Both the position numbers and the translations under genes were made by a program. From the NCBI GenBank assembly GCA_013203315.1, contig JABMQJ010000001.1, positions 49,179 through 113,178 of the forward strand: a stretch of 64,000 nt of DNA. The letters run 5' to 3'. Shown in pieces: positions 34,119 to 43,982 of the stretch. This stretch comes from Candidatus Omnitrophota bacterium. Lineage in GTDB: Bacteria; Omnitrophota; Gorgyraeia; JABMRN01; RBG-13-46-9. Within the stretch, counting starts at the first letter, position 1, and the number at the start of each line of letters is the position of its first letter. The notes under the pieces were generated by a model. The model ran no database searches and was not told where the DNA came from. It worked only from the letters and a program-made list of their open reading frames with translations.

Positions 34119-34907
34119 CTATCTTTTCCTGTATGAATCAAGAAATGAGTCGCAGTATATATTTTTATTCAAAATAAGCTCTGAGGTGATCGCCGCATTC
34201 ATGAGTTCCTTATCAAGCGGGTCCATGATGGCCGCTGTTAAACCGTTCGTTATCGCCATCACAAGATATGTTCTGTTTATAAGCGGGCGCGTTTTCGTGC
34301 CTTGAGAAATATTACTAAGCCCCACGACTGTTTTAGGCGCCGGATCGCAAAGAAGTTTAAATTCCTTTATGGCTTCGAGCACTTCTATGCCTTGCGCCTG
34401 CGCGACATTTACTGGAAGTACTATCGGATCCAGGTAAAGATCGCTTAAATTAAATCCTATTTCCTGGCATTTCGTTATAATTGTTACCGCGTGTTCGGTT
34501 CTTTCGTTTTTATCACGTGGGATTCCTTTTTTGTCCATCGTAAGTCCTATAAGAAAAGCGTTGTATTTCTTCGCCAGCGGCACAATTGTATTCAACTTTT
34601 CTTCATCGGCATTTGCGGAATTTACCATGGCCTTTTTCTTTACGAGCTTAAGCCCCTCTTCTATAACGTCCGCTTTTGTGCTATCAAGCGCAAGAGGGAC
34701 GTCGGTTACCTCCTGAATTGTTTCCACAAGCCACTTCATGGCGTCTTTCGGGTTTTTTTCGTACGGTCCTGTGTTTACATCAAGCATTCCCGCGCCGGCG
34801 GCGACCTGGTCCTTAGCTACTTTTTGTATAACCTTTTTATCACGATCCGCTATCGCTTTACCTACGGCTTTAAACATTCCGTTTATCAATTCACCGATTA
34901 CTAGCAT
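34119..34907 (-). CDS. acsE: Methyl-THF:corrinoid Fe-S protein methyltransferase
   Basis: IGELING, LALDST, GLSNISQ; located in the acs cluster. Confidence 0.9.
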   Translation of the reverse strand: MLVIGELINGMFKAVGKAIADRDKKVIQKVAKDQVAAGAGMLDVNTGPYEKNPKDAMKWLVETIQEVTDVPLALDSTKADVIEEGLKLVKKKAMVNSANADEEKLNTIVPLAKKYNAFLIGLTMDKKGIPRDKNERTEHAVTIITKCQEIGFNLSDLYLDPIVLPVNVAQAQGIEVLEAIKEFKLLCDPAPKTVVGLSNISQGTKTRPLINRTYLVMAITNGLTAAIMDPLDKELMNAAITSELILNKNIYCDSFLDSYRKR

Positions 34908-34926
34908 CTATCCTCCTAGTTTGTGC

Positions 34927-35889
34927 CTATCCCTTCTTCATCAAACTATCGATATACTTCCTGACTTCCTCGACCGCCTTTGGATGGCGCATGACCAGGA
35001 TGTCGCCGCCTGTCTGCAGCACGGCTACAGCGGTTTGCGCCTCCCACAAAGGACCGCGCTCCGATTCATCGCCCCATTCCGGATGTTCGGATGAAGTGGC
35101 TTTTGCTTCTTTAGCGCGCCACGCTTCCTGCCCGACAAAACAGATAAAAGGCATGGAAAGCATTTTATCGCCAAGTAGAGCCGCGTTTCTCGCGCGCTCC
35201 ATTATGGAATAGGCATATTCTAATCCGTATCCAAGAGCACCTATTGTTGGGTTTACCACGATCCTGTCTAAGGGAAATCCCATCTCGCTTATTAAAATAT
35301 TCACCTGTTTGGCTATGTTTATGTCTATGGGGGACTCTCCTATTATGTTGTGGCCGTCCGCAAGACAGCTTGCCGCAAGGGTTTTATAGTTTTTCTCAGT
35401 GGCATCGCCTATCAGGCACTTCTCGCCTTTGGCAGCCTCGCTTGCTTTTGCCAGGACAGTGTTGTCTTTTTCATCGTCACCTGATCCTAAAATTATAAGC
35501 GGGACCTTCACTGCCTGCAAAATATCTTTAACTAATTTGGCTGCGTCCGCAGCGGATTTATTGCCGAAGTCGGGATGCGTTCCTATCAGCTTTACGCATA
35601 TGAGCCGGGCCTTATACTCTTCAACACATTTAACCGCCCACTTAACAGGGTCTTTCAACGCATCGCCAAAAGGTTTTTTTAAAACTTCGGGCCAATCAGT
35701 GGGCTCTGCGTCCAAAACCTCCATCGCGATAACAGGCGCATGCGGAATGTCGCCTTCTTTAAAAAGAAACGGGAGCGCTGTCTCGCCTCCGACCGTAATT
35801 TGTGAAGTACGGGTCCCGCCTTCTTTTTCCGTAGCGCCGAGCGTAACGGTATTGATCTTACCTGTCCAGCATTCCTTCATTAAATCCAT
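34927..35889 (-). CDS. acsD: Corrinoid Fe-S protein small subunit
   Basis: GGETALPF, SPIDINIAKQ, ALGYGLEY, MRHP. Confidence 0.93.
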   Translation of the reverse strand: MDLMKECWTGKINTVTLGATEKEGGTRTSQITVGGETALPFLFKEGDIPHAPVIAMEVLDAEPTDWPEVLKKPFGDALKDPVKWAVKCVEEYKARLICVKLIGTHPDFGNKSAADAAKLVKDILQAVKVPLIILGSGDDEKDNTVLAKASEAAKGEKCLIGDATEKNYKTLAASCLADGHNIIGESPIDINIAKQVNILISEMGFPLDRIVVNPTIGALGYGLEYAYSIMERARNAALLGDKMLSMPFICFVGQEAWRAKEAKATSSEHPEWGDESERGPLWEAQTAVAVLQTGGDILVMRHPKAVEEVRKYIDSLMKKG

Positions 35890-35894
35890 ACTTC

Positions 35895-36653
35895 CTACCT
35901 CTTTTCAGCTACCGGAATTTTTATTGTTTCTTTTATCGTGTTTAGCAATACATTATCTTTTAGCTCGAAAACAGATTTATTATTTATAGCCGCATCTTCG
36001 ATTTCGGCGTTTTGCGGCAAAACTATTTTTAAATTGAGTCCCACTTTATCTATTTCTGCCCGGAGTGGACCCAGATCACCTTTGGATTTATTTAAAATCA
36101 GGGAGCGCTCTTTAGTTTTCACTTTCAATTCATCTACGAGTTTTGAAATTCTTGCCGCGGCCCTTATCCCGATAACGGAGCTATCACTTATCATGAAAAG
36201 CCTGTCAATATCGCGAACCAGGCGCCTGGAAAGATGCTCCATGCCGGCTTCGTTATCAATAACAACGTGGGAGTAGTTTTTCATGAGCTTGGTGATAAGC
36301 GCGCGGAGCATGTTATTAACGAAACAATAGCATCCCGGCCCTTCTGGACGACCCATGCTTAAAAGGTCGAAGCCATCTTCTTCGTTTAGAGATTCCTGAA
36401 CTTTTAAATTTATGAACCTATCCTTGGTCATGCCTTTCGGAACCTGGTCCGGGTCCTTGGAGATGTCGTCTATAATATCTACAATGGTTGATATGTCTTT
36501 CACGCCCAACAATTCTCCGAGATTTGAGTTGGGATCCGCGTCAATGGCCAGAATTGAGCCGGCATTCTCTTCCTTAAGCGCCCTTATAACCAAAGACGCA
36601 AACGTTGTCTTCCCCGTTCCGCCTTTGCCCGCTATTGCTATTATGTTACTCAT
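35895..36653 (-). CDS. acsF: CooC/AcsF-type nickel-insertion ATPase
   Basis: GKGGTGKT, GPGCYC, DNEAGMEH. Confidence 0.88.
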   Translation of the reverse strand: MSNIIAIAGKGGTGKTTFASLVIRALKEENAGSILAIDADPNSNLGELLGVKDISTIVDIIDDISKDPDQVPKGMTKDRFINLKVQESLNEEDGFDLLSMGRPEGPGCYCFVNNMLRALITKLMKNYSHVVIDNEAGMEHLSRRLVRDIDRLFMISDSSVIGIRAAARISKLVDELKVKTKERSLILNKSKGDLGPLRAEIDKVGLNLKIVLPQNAEIEDAAINNKSVFELKDNVLLNTIKETIKIPVAEKR

Positions 36654-36657
36654 TTTT

Positions 36658-38589
36658 TTACTTCTTCACGCTCGGAAACTTCTCAAGGTCCGTGTGCGGG
36701 AAAAATAAACTCGAGACATACTCGTCCATGTACGACGGATCCTTGCTAAGTTCTATATAAGTCATCTTTCTGGCGATTTCTTCGGCTTTCTTCATGGTGT
36801 CATACGAAAGAAGTATTTCACGCGAACCGATAAGAGAGCTATTTCCCACGAATTTGAATTTGCTCCTGTCCAAGTCCGGTAAAAGCCCGATCGAGATCGC
36901 GCTATCTATGTCAAGAAATGTACCGAATCCGCCCGCTATATAGATTCTATCCAAATCACTGAATTTTAGATCGAATTTTTTAACCAGGATCGCGGCAGCC
37001 GAGTAAATTGCGCCTTTTGAGCGTTTTATGTTTTCGATGTCGGACTCTTTTATGACGATGTCATAGTCGCAGCAGGCGTCCTTTTTGAAAACAATAACAT
37101 ATTCGTATTCGCCGTCTTTTTGCCTGATTCTTTTGGTTTTCAGGTCACGGTTTATCTTACCGTCTCTTTTTACTATGTCTCTTTTGAACATACAAGATAT
37201 AAGATCTATGTACCCCGAACCGCAAATGCCCATTGCTTTTTCATCACCTTTTACTTTTACCTTGGGCTCAAATTTAGAATTTATCTCTACCCTTTCAACG
37301 GCCCCTTTGATCGCCCTCATGCCGCAGGATACACCACTGCCTTCGAACGCGGGCCCTGCTGAGGCAGAACAGCACGCCATCCATTCTTTATTGCCCAAAA
37401 CTATTTCGCCGTTTGTGCCGACGTCTATAAGAAGTGTGAGTTTGTCCTCATTATTTATGCCACAGGCTACCGTGCCCGCTATTATGTCGCCTCCAACATA
37501 AGTGCTGACACCGGGTATGCAAGCCAAGAGGCCCCTCGGATGAACTTTTATGCCGGCTTCGGACGCCCTTATGACCGGAACAAAGTTTGCGGTTGAAACA
37601 TAAGGCTCCCTTCTTATGTGCGTGGGATCGACTCTTAGCAAAAGATGGATCATAGTTGTGTTGCCCGCGCAAATAACGCCCGTTACCTGGTTTAGCGGAA
37701 CGCTATACTCTGTAGTTAATGCCCTTATGATCGAATTCATGTTGTCTATGACAGCGTGGTGCAATCTTTCCAGGCCGCTTTCCTCTTTCGCGAACACGAT
37801 TCTCGTGATTACGTCATCCCCGAAAATTATTTGTTTATTATAAGTTGCTTTTGTGCCGAGTATCTCTTTGGTGTTTAAGTTTATGAGCTGTCCGGAAACT
37901 GTTGTGGTGCCTATATCAAAGGCGACGCCGTAGTTTTCCCCGGAGGAATCGCCGGGCTCTATAATTACAACTTCGGTCGTCTCGTTTCTTTTGCCGAGCG
38001 TCACTGTTACCTTCCAGTCACTGTGCCGGAGAACACTTCCAAGCCTTCGCAGATTCCTGAGGCCGGTCTGCATCATGGGAATATCGTATTTTTCTTTTAT
38101 TTTCCTTACCAGGCGCTCATAATCGCTTACGCTGTCATCCAAGGTCGGCGGCGGCAACTCAAGATAGATCTTCGTAGATATTGGGCTGTGCGTAAATATT
38201 TCCTCGCTTATGATTGGCTTTCCTTTGTCAATGTCTACCGCTTCCGAATACATGCCTTTTAAGCGGTGCAGCCTTGCTTCTTCATCTTTAACTTTAGTTA
38301 GATCAAGCCGGGACTCCCTGGGAACAAATACCTCAAGATTATCCTCGACAGTAGTAAGGCACGCTAAGACGTAACCTTTTTTTCGTTCCTCGTGCGAAAT
38401 TCTTCCGGTGGGCTCTGTCCTGAATTTTCCCTTTTTAATTACAACCTTACACCTTCCGCACACACCCTCGCCGCCGCAGCTTGAATTTATAAAAAGCCCG
38501 CACGATACGGCAGCCGCCAATAGGTCAGCGCCTTTTTTTACTTCCGCAATCTTTCCTGAAGGTTTAAATTTTACTTTGAACTTTTCCAT
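36658..38589 (-). CDS. acsV: Corrinoid activation/regeneration protein (RACo/ASKHA)
   Basis: CGGEGVCGRC 2Fe-2S, DIGTTT, DVGTNGE, AGPAFEG, AGGFG. Confidence 0.9.
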   Translation of the reverse strand: MEKFKVKFKPSGKIAEVKKGADLLAAAVSCGLFINSSCGGEGVCGRCKVVIKKGKFRTEPTGRISHEERKKGYVLACLTTVEDNLEVFVPRESRLDLTKVKDEEARLHRLKGMYSEAVDIDKGKPIISEEIFTHSPISTKIYLELPPPTLDDSVSDYERLVRKIKEKYDIPMMQTGLRNLRRLGSVLRHSDWKVTVTLGKRNETTEVVIIEPGDSSGENYGVAFDIGTTTVSGQLINLNTKEILGTKATYNKQIIFGDDVITRIVFAKEESGLERLHHAVIDNMNSIIRALTTEYSVPLNQVTGVICAGNTTMIHLLLRVDPTHIRREPYVSTANFVPVIRASEAGIKVHPRGLLACIPGVSTYVGGDIIAGTVACGINNEDKLTLLIDVGTNGEIVLGNKEWMACCSASAGPAFEGSGVSCGMRAIKGAVERVEINSKFEPKVKVKGDEKAMGICGSGYIDLISCMFKRDIVKRDGKINRDLKTKRIRQKDGEYEYVIVFKKDACCDYDIVIKESDIENIKRSKGAIYSAAAILVKKFDLKFSDLDRIYIAGGFGTFLDIDSAISIGLLPDLDRSKFKFVGNSSLIGSREILLSYDTMKKAEEIARKMTYIELSKDPSYMDEYVSSLFFPHTDLEKFPSVKK

Positions 38590-38599
38590 AAATGAGTAT

Positions 38600-39937
38600 C
38601 TACTTAGTTAAATTTCTTAAGAAAACAGGTATCCCTGAAGCCTCTCTCGGGCCTACGGTAACTTTCCAGCCGGAAGCTTCTTCGAGTTTTCCGCTTAGAA
38701 CCGACACGTAACCCGGTATAATCAGGTCCTTGTGCGCTACCTTATCCTTTATTCCAAAACTCTCGAGGGCCTTTGCGATACTTTCCGCTGTAAATTTCTC
38801 TGCTGCCCAGGCAGTGAGAACAGACATTCCCTCTGAATCGCAGGACACTATATAGGTAGGAACCTTGCTTGATTCCACCTCTGCTTCAACCGTATAATAT
38901 GTAAGAGAGAAATTGGTTGTAACTATAACAGGTGATTTATCCTCAACTTTTCCTATCTCATACACCTTTGCTTCAACCTGCAGCGGCTTCTGCGGGTCAG
39001 TATATATATTTTGCCTCATGGTCAATATCGGTAAAACTACCCACGGGTCTCTATTTTTTAACATTACTATGCCGGCGTATTTTGAAACGTACGTAGAGGC
39101 TTCAGCTGCTTCCTGAAATTTATCCGCGTTTTGCGTAAACGCTATAACCGGATATCCGAAGGGCCTGAATGCTTTTTTAAGCGCCAGGCGCCTGATTTGC
39201 GTTAAATCCCAGAGTTTATCCGCTATGCTTTTTTTGCCAGTATCCAGAACGATATCCTCGACGCCTTCTGTGTTAAGGTTCTTGACTAAAGTTTCGAGTT
39301 CTTCTAAAGTCGGCGCGCTTGCCACGAGGGGCACTTTATTGTCTTTGGCGAGTTTTGCCATCTCTTTATAATTAGCGCTCGTCGCTCCGCACAAAAGAGG
39401 CACTCTTTCTTTTGACGCTTCAAGGGCTTTGGCAATAAAGCTTGCGTCATCACTTACTAAAGCGAGTGCGAGTTTAGTGTTTTCCAAAACAGTTTTTACA
39501 ACAACTTGAAATTTTGACGCGTCTTTAGATTCGCAGGATATTCCTACGATATTTACGTTAATCCTCTGCCCTACTCTTTCAAAATCAAGTTTATTTATTT
39601 CTCCGAGCGCTTTTTTAATATCTTCTTCGGAAGATGTGTCTTCTATGATAAAACCAATTCCCGTTGGATGATAGAATTTTTCCTCGTGCCTGAAAAGAAC
39701 GGTTTCGTTTCCGATTTCCAGTTTTTCGTCCCCCGAACCTACGGTAATAAGTTTAATCGGAGGCTGCGAAGCGCTCTCTAATGCCTTCTTTGTCTCTTGG
39801 GAAACATCCGGGCACTTATCCAGCGACACCTTTTTTGCGGCAAGCTGCATCGCAAAAGCAAGGCATGTAGGAAACCCGCATTTCTTGCAGTTTGTTTTGG
39901 GTAATAACTTGTAAATTCCTAGTCCCGATAAAGCCAT
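38600..39937 (-). CDS. acsC: Corrinoid Fe-S protein large subunit
   Basis: LPKTNCKKCGFPTC, IYTDPQKP, TTNFSLTY, SVLTAWAA. Confidence 0.95.
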   Translation of the reverse strand: MALSGLGIYKLLPKTNCKKCGFPTCLAFAMQLAAKKVSLDKCPDVSQETKKALESASQPPIKLITVGSGDEKLEIGNETVLFRHEEKFYHPTGIGFIIEDTSSEEDIKKALGEINKLDFERVGQRINVNIVGISCESKDASKFQVVVKTVLENTKLALALVSDDASFIAKALEASKERVPLLCGATSANYKEMAKLAKDNKVPLVASAPTLEELETLVKNLNTEGVEDIVLDTGKKSIADKLWDLTQIRRLALKKAFRPFGYPVIAFTQNADKFQEAAEASTYVSKYAGIVMLKNRDPWVVLPILTMRQNIYTDPQKPLQVEAKVYEIGKVEDKSPVIVTTNFSLTYYTVEAEVESSKVPTYIVSCDSEGMSVLTAWAAEKFTAESIAKALESFGIKDKVAHKDLIIPGYVSVLSGKLEEASGWKVTVGPREASGIPVFLRNLTK

Positions 39938-39949
39938 ATATTTCCTCCC

Positions 39950-42127
39950 TTACATCAAAGGTGGCAGGGTTAGTGCCGGGTGATTTTTCTCCTGTAAAGT
40001 TTTTACAAGCGCTTCTGATTCGGTGGCAACGGTCTCATCGGCAATTTTATCGAATAGATCCGGCACACCTTCTTCTTCGCAGCGCTTCTTAAGTTTACCG
40101 CTTAGGGCTTCTTTCAGCTCTTTGGGCATCCACACAAGCCTTTTAAGCCCGCCGTCTGCGGATAAGAATTTCTTGCTTATCGTATAAAGCCTTCCGACGC
40201 CCATGAAGCCGGGTGTTTGGTTGCCGCCGCCGACAGATCCGGCAAGCGTCGAGAACTTCATCCCCGCGGGAGTAAACCCCGCATATTCCCTGTTAACAAC
40301 CATGAATCCGTTTGCTTCCGGTAAAATCGCGATTATGCATTCGAAACACCCGCAAGAAGTTTCGGGAAACGTCATGATAGAATAACCGTGAAATCTTTCA
40401 AGCGTTTTATTGGACGTTTGATTTATAAAATCATTTACGCCTTTCCATTCGCCGCGCTCGGCGTCCAGGACCTGGAGCTTCTTAATCGGCTGGTTCGGCC
40501 CTGTCGGATTTAATTCAAAACAGGCCTTCGCGTCAAGCCAGCTATAAGCGCCGCATAATCCTGAGCGTTCCGGCTTTACTATGCACACATGGTTAGGCGC
40601 AAAGGACTGGCAAAGTGTGCAACTGTAAAACGTGTCTATGCTTTCGTCTGTCATGCCTGCAAGGCGCGTGTCACGTTCTTCATAGACCTTCACGGCCTCG
40701 GGCATTATTCTTTCTACATCTTCTTTTTTCGTATAAATCGTAACTTGCGCTTTATCTACAATTTTCCCATATGTGTCATGAAACCTGGCGTGAAGAATCG
40801 TGCCGAAATGTTTCATTTTAAAGCCTTTTTTCTGGGCTTCTTTTGAAATTCTTATCCAGCACATGTTACGCTGGCCCATGTGGAATAGCCCCATCGCTTC
40901 GTTTAGAAACGAGTGCATTTGCCTTTCAAGTATGGGTTCAAAGTCGTGCTGCATTTTTCTTCCGGCAACATCAACTACAATACCCAACGGAAATGCCGCG
41001 CCTTCTTTCATCTCGTCTATTTCCGGCCCTACGACCTCTATTTTTCCGTCAAGAACTTCATTTAACTCTTTTGTGCGCACATATTCAAAGGCCGATGAGA
41101 ATTTCCCTCCGAACTGGGCATACATCTGTTCGCGCCTTACCCTCTCACCCTCAAACGCGGCGCTGTAAGAAACAGGGATAGGTATTTTGGCTACTTTCAC
41201 TTTCACGCCGCGAACCTCGATACACTTTTGCACGATCTTTTTGTAGTCGAACTCCTTAACAAGGTGCTCATAGGTGCATATGCCTGTCGGTTTAATTTCC
41301 GGTATCTCCGTATCCGCTATAACAGGAAAGCCCATGTTAATTGCACCGGCGCCTGATGCATATTTAATATCATCAAGCGGTCCAAGTGCGAGGCCAAAGG
41401 CAAAAACTCTCTCCTTGCAATACATTAAACAGTCTTTCGCGTTACCGGCTTTTATCCCTCCGAACGTGAGCGCTCCTCTTATGGCCCAGTGCAGGGGATA
41501 AATCAAAGATATGGTGTCCCTTCCGTAAGGAACAATGTAAGTATCCCAACCCATTTCGACTTTTTCTTCTTTAAGCTGGTCTATGATGCTTTTTCCGTTC
41601 GAGCTTGATCCGACAAATGTCATTATGCTTCTTTTCTGAAATTCTCTTACGATTTCTACGGCTGTTTTATTGTCGGGAGCGGCGCCCAATATTGCCGCAA
41701 AACCCGGCATCCTTCCGTCTACAAGCTGTATACCCAGCGTGCGAAGTATGGTGTCGGTAAAAAATCCGTTGCAGTCAGGCTGCGGTTCAATACCCTTTAA
41801 GTATCGTATTGCGCAAATAATTTCTTCCGCTAAGAGTGCGGCGATACCCGAATCAAGCGCGCCGCCCAGGTAAGGAAGCCACAAATCCTTGGTGGGTTCG
41901 TCATGCAAGAGGGACTTTGCTTCTTTAAGTATGGGCAGGGCCTCGTTTAACGTTTTTACCTCAGCGCCCAGTAACGCGTTTGCCATCGGAAGGAAAAATG
42001 CCGTTTCGGGGAATTCTAATTTTTGATCCTTGCCCTTTTCCTCAATGGCTTTGTTTACAAGTTTTTCTGCCTCGGTTACAAGCGCTTTTGCGCCCCTCAT
42101 CGCGGCTGCTGCTACAATTTTTGACAT
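39950..42127 (-). CDS. acsB: Acetyl-CoA synthase (A-cluster subunit)
   Basis: FYSCTLCQSFAPNHVC, GLCGA, TSCGCFEC. Confidence 0.96.
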   Translation of the reverse strand: MSKIVAAAAMRGAKALVTEAEKLVNKAIEEKGKDQKLEFPETAFFLPMANALLGAEVKTLNEALPILKEAKSLLHDEPTKDLWLPYLGGALDSGIAALLAEEIICAIRYLKGIEPQPDCNGFFTDTILRTLGIQLVDGRMPGFAAILGAAPDNKTAVEIVREFQKRSIMTFVGSSSNGKSIIDQLKEEKVEMGWDTYIVPYGRDTISLIYPLHWAIRGALTFGGIKAGNAKDCLMYCKERVFAFGLALGPLDDIKYASGAGAINMGFPVIADTEIPEIKPTGICTYEHLVKEFDYKKIVQKCIEVRGVKVKVAKIPIPVSYSAAFEGERVRREQMYAQFGGKFSSAFEYVRTKELNEVLDGKIEVVGPEIDEMKEGAAFPLGIVVDVAGRKMQHDFEPILERQMHSFLNEAMGLFHMGQRNMCWIRISKEAQKKGFKMKHFGTILHARFHDTYGKIVDKAQVTIYTKKEDVERIMPEAVKVYEERDTRLAGMTDESIDTFYSCTLCQSFAPNHVCIVKPERSGLCGAYSWLDAKACFELNPTGPNQPIKKLQVLDAERGEWKGVNDFINQTSNKTLERFHGYSIMTFPETSCGCFECIIAILPEANGFMVVNREYAGFTPAGMKFSTLAGSVGGGNQTPGFMGVGRLYTISKKFLSADGGLKRLVWMPKELKEALSGKLKKRCEEEGVPDLFDKIADETVATESEALVKTLQEKNHPALTLPPLM

Positions 42128-42145
42128 CGGTTAAATCTCCCTTTC

Positions 42146-43438
42146 TTACGGTTTATAGCTTGCTATCGTGTCCTGATATTCTTCCTCTTTAAACTTATCA
42201 CTGAATTTTTTGACTAGCGGCATTATTTTCGCGTAGTCAAATTTCGTCTCGCACAGTATATGCTTTACGCTTGAAACGTCGATTCCTTTTTTTATCAAAG
42301 CGCTTACGACGCCTGCGCATTTTATGTCGCCTACTAAAACCATGCCGACAATTTTATTATTTCTTAGCACGAATTTCTTATAAGAATGTTCTGAAGACTT
42401 TGAAATTATTTCATAACCTTCTTCTTTCGGCTTTGTTATTCCCATCGAGATGCATCTTAAGCCGAAAAAATCAACCGAGTTCATGGAAAGCGACCCGTCA
42501 TACGCCGCTTCTTTGCCGAGCATGTTAAGCGCCGCAATGTTGCCTTGTTCTACCGCGCACGGCCATAGGGCGTTTATACGGTTAGCCTGCCTTGCGACAT
42601 CATAAGTCTCGGCAACATCGCCTGCCGCAAAAATATTTTTATCAGATGTCTTAAGAAATTTATCCACTTTTATTCCGTCTTCTACTTTTAAACCCGCGGA
42701 AGAGGCGATATCCGTATTCGGTTTTACGCCTTTGCCTATTATAACAAGCTGGCACTTAAGTTTTTTCCCGTCATCTAGTAATATTTCATTAACAGAATCA
42801 CCACCCAGGAATTCTTTTGCGGCTAATCCCGTCATTATCTTTATTCCGTTTTTCTCGAGGGTCGAGGCTATCACGCCTGAGGCGCCTTTATCTACCATTT
42901 GAGATAAAATATGCGGGCTTTTTACGATAACGAAAACGTCTTTTCCTTTTTTTCCGAGCGCGTATGCGTCTCTTAAGCCTATTAATCCTCCGCCCAGGAC
43001 AGCTACTTCCTTTACGCCATCCAGCATCCCTATTATCGTGCGGGCTTCATCTATTTTTCTTATTGTAAAAATACCTTTTTTATCCACACCCGGGATGTTA
43101 ACTGATTTTGGCGTGGCGCCCGTTGCGATTAAAAGCTTGTCGTAGGAAACAGTTGTCCCGCCTTCCAACGTAACCGCTTTTTTCTTGGGATCAATTGAAA
43201 TCGCCTTCTTGCCGAGAAGGGTTTTTATGTTATTTTTCTCATAGAAGTCCTTGCCCTTAAATATAAGTTTTTCTTCATCTATGGCGCCGGCTATCAAATA
43301 CGTTAAAAGGCACCTTGAGTAAAGTGTCAATTTCTCATCCGATATAATCGTTATGGACGCTTTCTTATCGTTTTTTCTTAAAGTCTCGGCTGCGGCTACG
43401 CCCGCTGCGCTTGCGCCTATAATTACATGATCCGCCAT
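42146..43438 (-). CDS. FAD/NAD(P)H-dependent oxidoreductase (FNOR)
   Basis: IIGASAAG, LLIATG, GGGLIG, FAAGDV; start ATG 43438 after GGAGGA. Confidence 0.88.
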   Translation of the reverse strand: MADHVIIGASAAGVAAAETLRKNDKKASITIISDEKLTLYSRCLLTYLIAGAIDEEKLIFKGKDFYEKNNIKTLLGKKAISIDPKKKAVTLEGGTTVSYDKLLIATGATPKSVNIPGVDKKGIFTIRKIDEARTIIGMLDGVKEVAVLGGGLIGLRDAYALGKKGKDVFVIVKSPHILSQMVDKGASGVIASTLEKNGIKIMTGLAAKEFLGGDSVNEILLDDGKKLKCQLVIIGKGVKPNTDIASSAGLKVEDGIKVDKFLKTSDKNIFAAGDVAETYDVARQANRINALWPCAVEQGNIAALNMLGKEAAYDGSLSMNSVDFFGLRCISMGITKPKEEGYEIISKSSEHSYKKFVLRNNKIVGMVLVGDIKCAGVVSALIKKGIDVSSVKHILCETKFDYAKIMPLVKKFSDKFKEEEYQDTIASYKP

Positions 43439-43479
43439 ATTCGCTCCTCCACACACTTCCGTGTGTGGTTTCCTTCGTT

Positions 43480-43980
43480 TTACTTCTTTTTCTTAGTTAG
43501 CTTTTTTTCAAATTCTTTTTTTGTGCCGGCAAAAAGCGCACCTGTCGGGCACGTAGCGACGCACGCGTAGTCGTCCCTATCCGGACAAAGGTCGCATTTA
43601 ACGGCTATGTGTTTGGCGCTGTCCCCGACTATGGCGCCAAAGGGGCATGTCATTACGCACATCCAGCATCCCACGCATTTTTCGTTATCCTGGAGTGTCG
43701 CGCCTGTTTTTTCATCTTTTGAAAGGGCCCCGCTCATGCAAGCCGTTACGCACGGCGCTTCCTTACAATGCTGGCAATGAACAGAAATGGATTTACCGTT
43801 TATCGCCGATACAGTGAGCCTTTTTCTCGGCGTATCCTTTTCAATTATAGAGTTGGCCAAATCTTTGCTCTTCGAATGCTCAACTGCGCAGGCAAGTTCA
43901 CACGTTCTGCATGCTACGCATTTTGTAACATCGCAATATATCGTGATGTCTTTATCTTTTTTTACCTTTACCTTGCTCAT
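43480..43980 (-). CDS. cooF: CooF-like 4x[4Fe-4S] electron-transfer protein
   Basis: CVACRTC, CQHC, CVGCWMC, KCDLC. Confidence 0.88.
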   Translation of the reverse strand: MSKVKVKKDKDITIYCDVTKCVACRTCELACAVEHSKSKDLANSIIEKDTPRKRLTVSAINGKSISVHCQHCKEAPCVTACMSGALSKDEKTGATLQDNEKCVGCWMCVMTCPFGAIVGDSAKHIAVKCDLCPDRDDYACVATCPTGALFAGTKKEFEKKLTKKKK

Positions 43981-43982
43981 GT

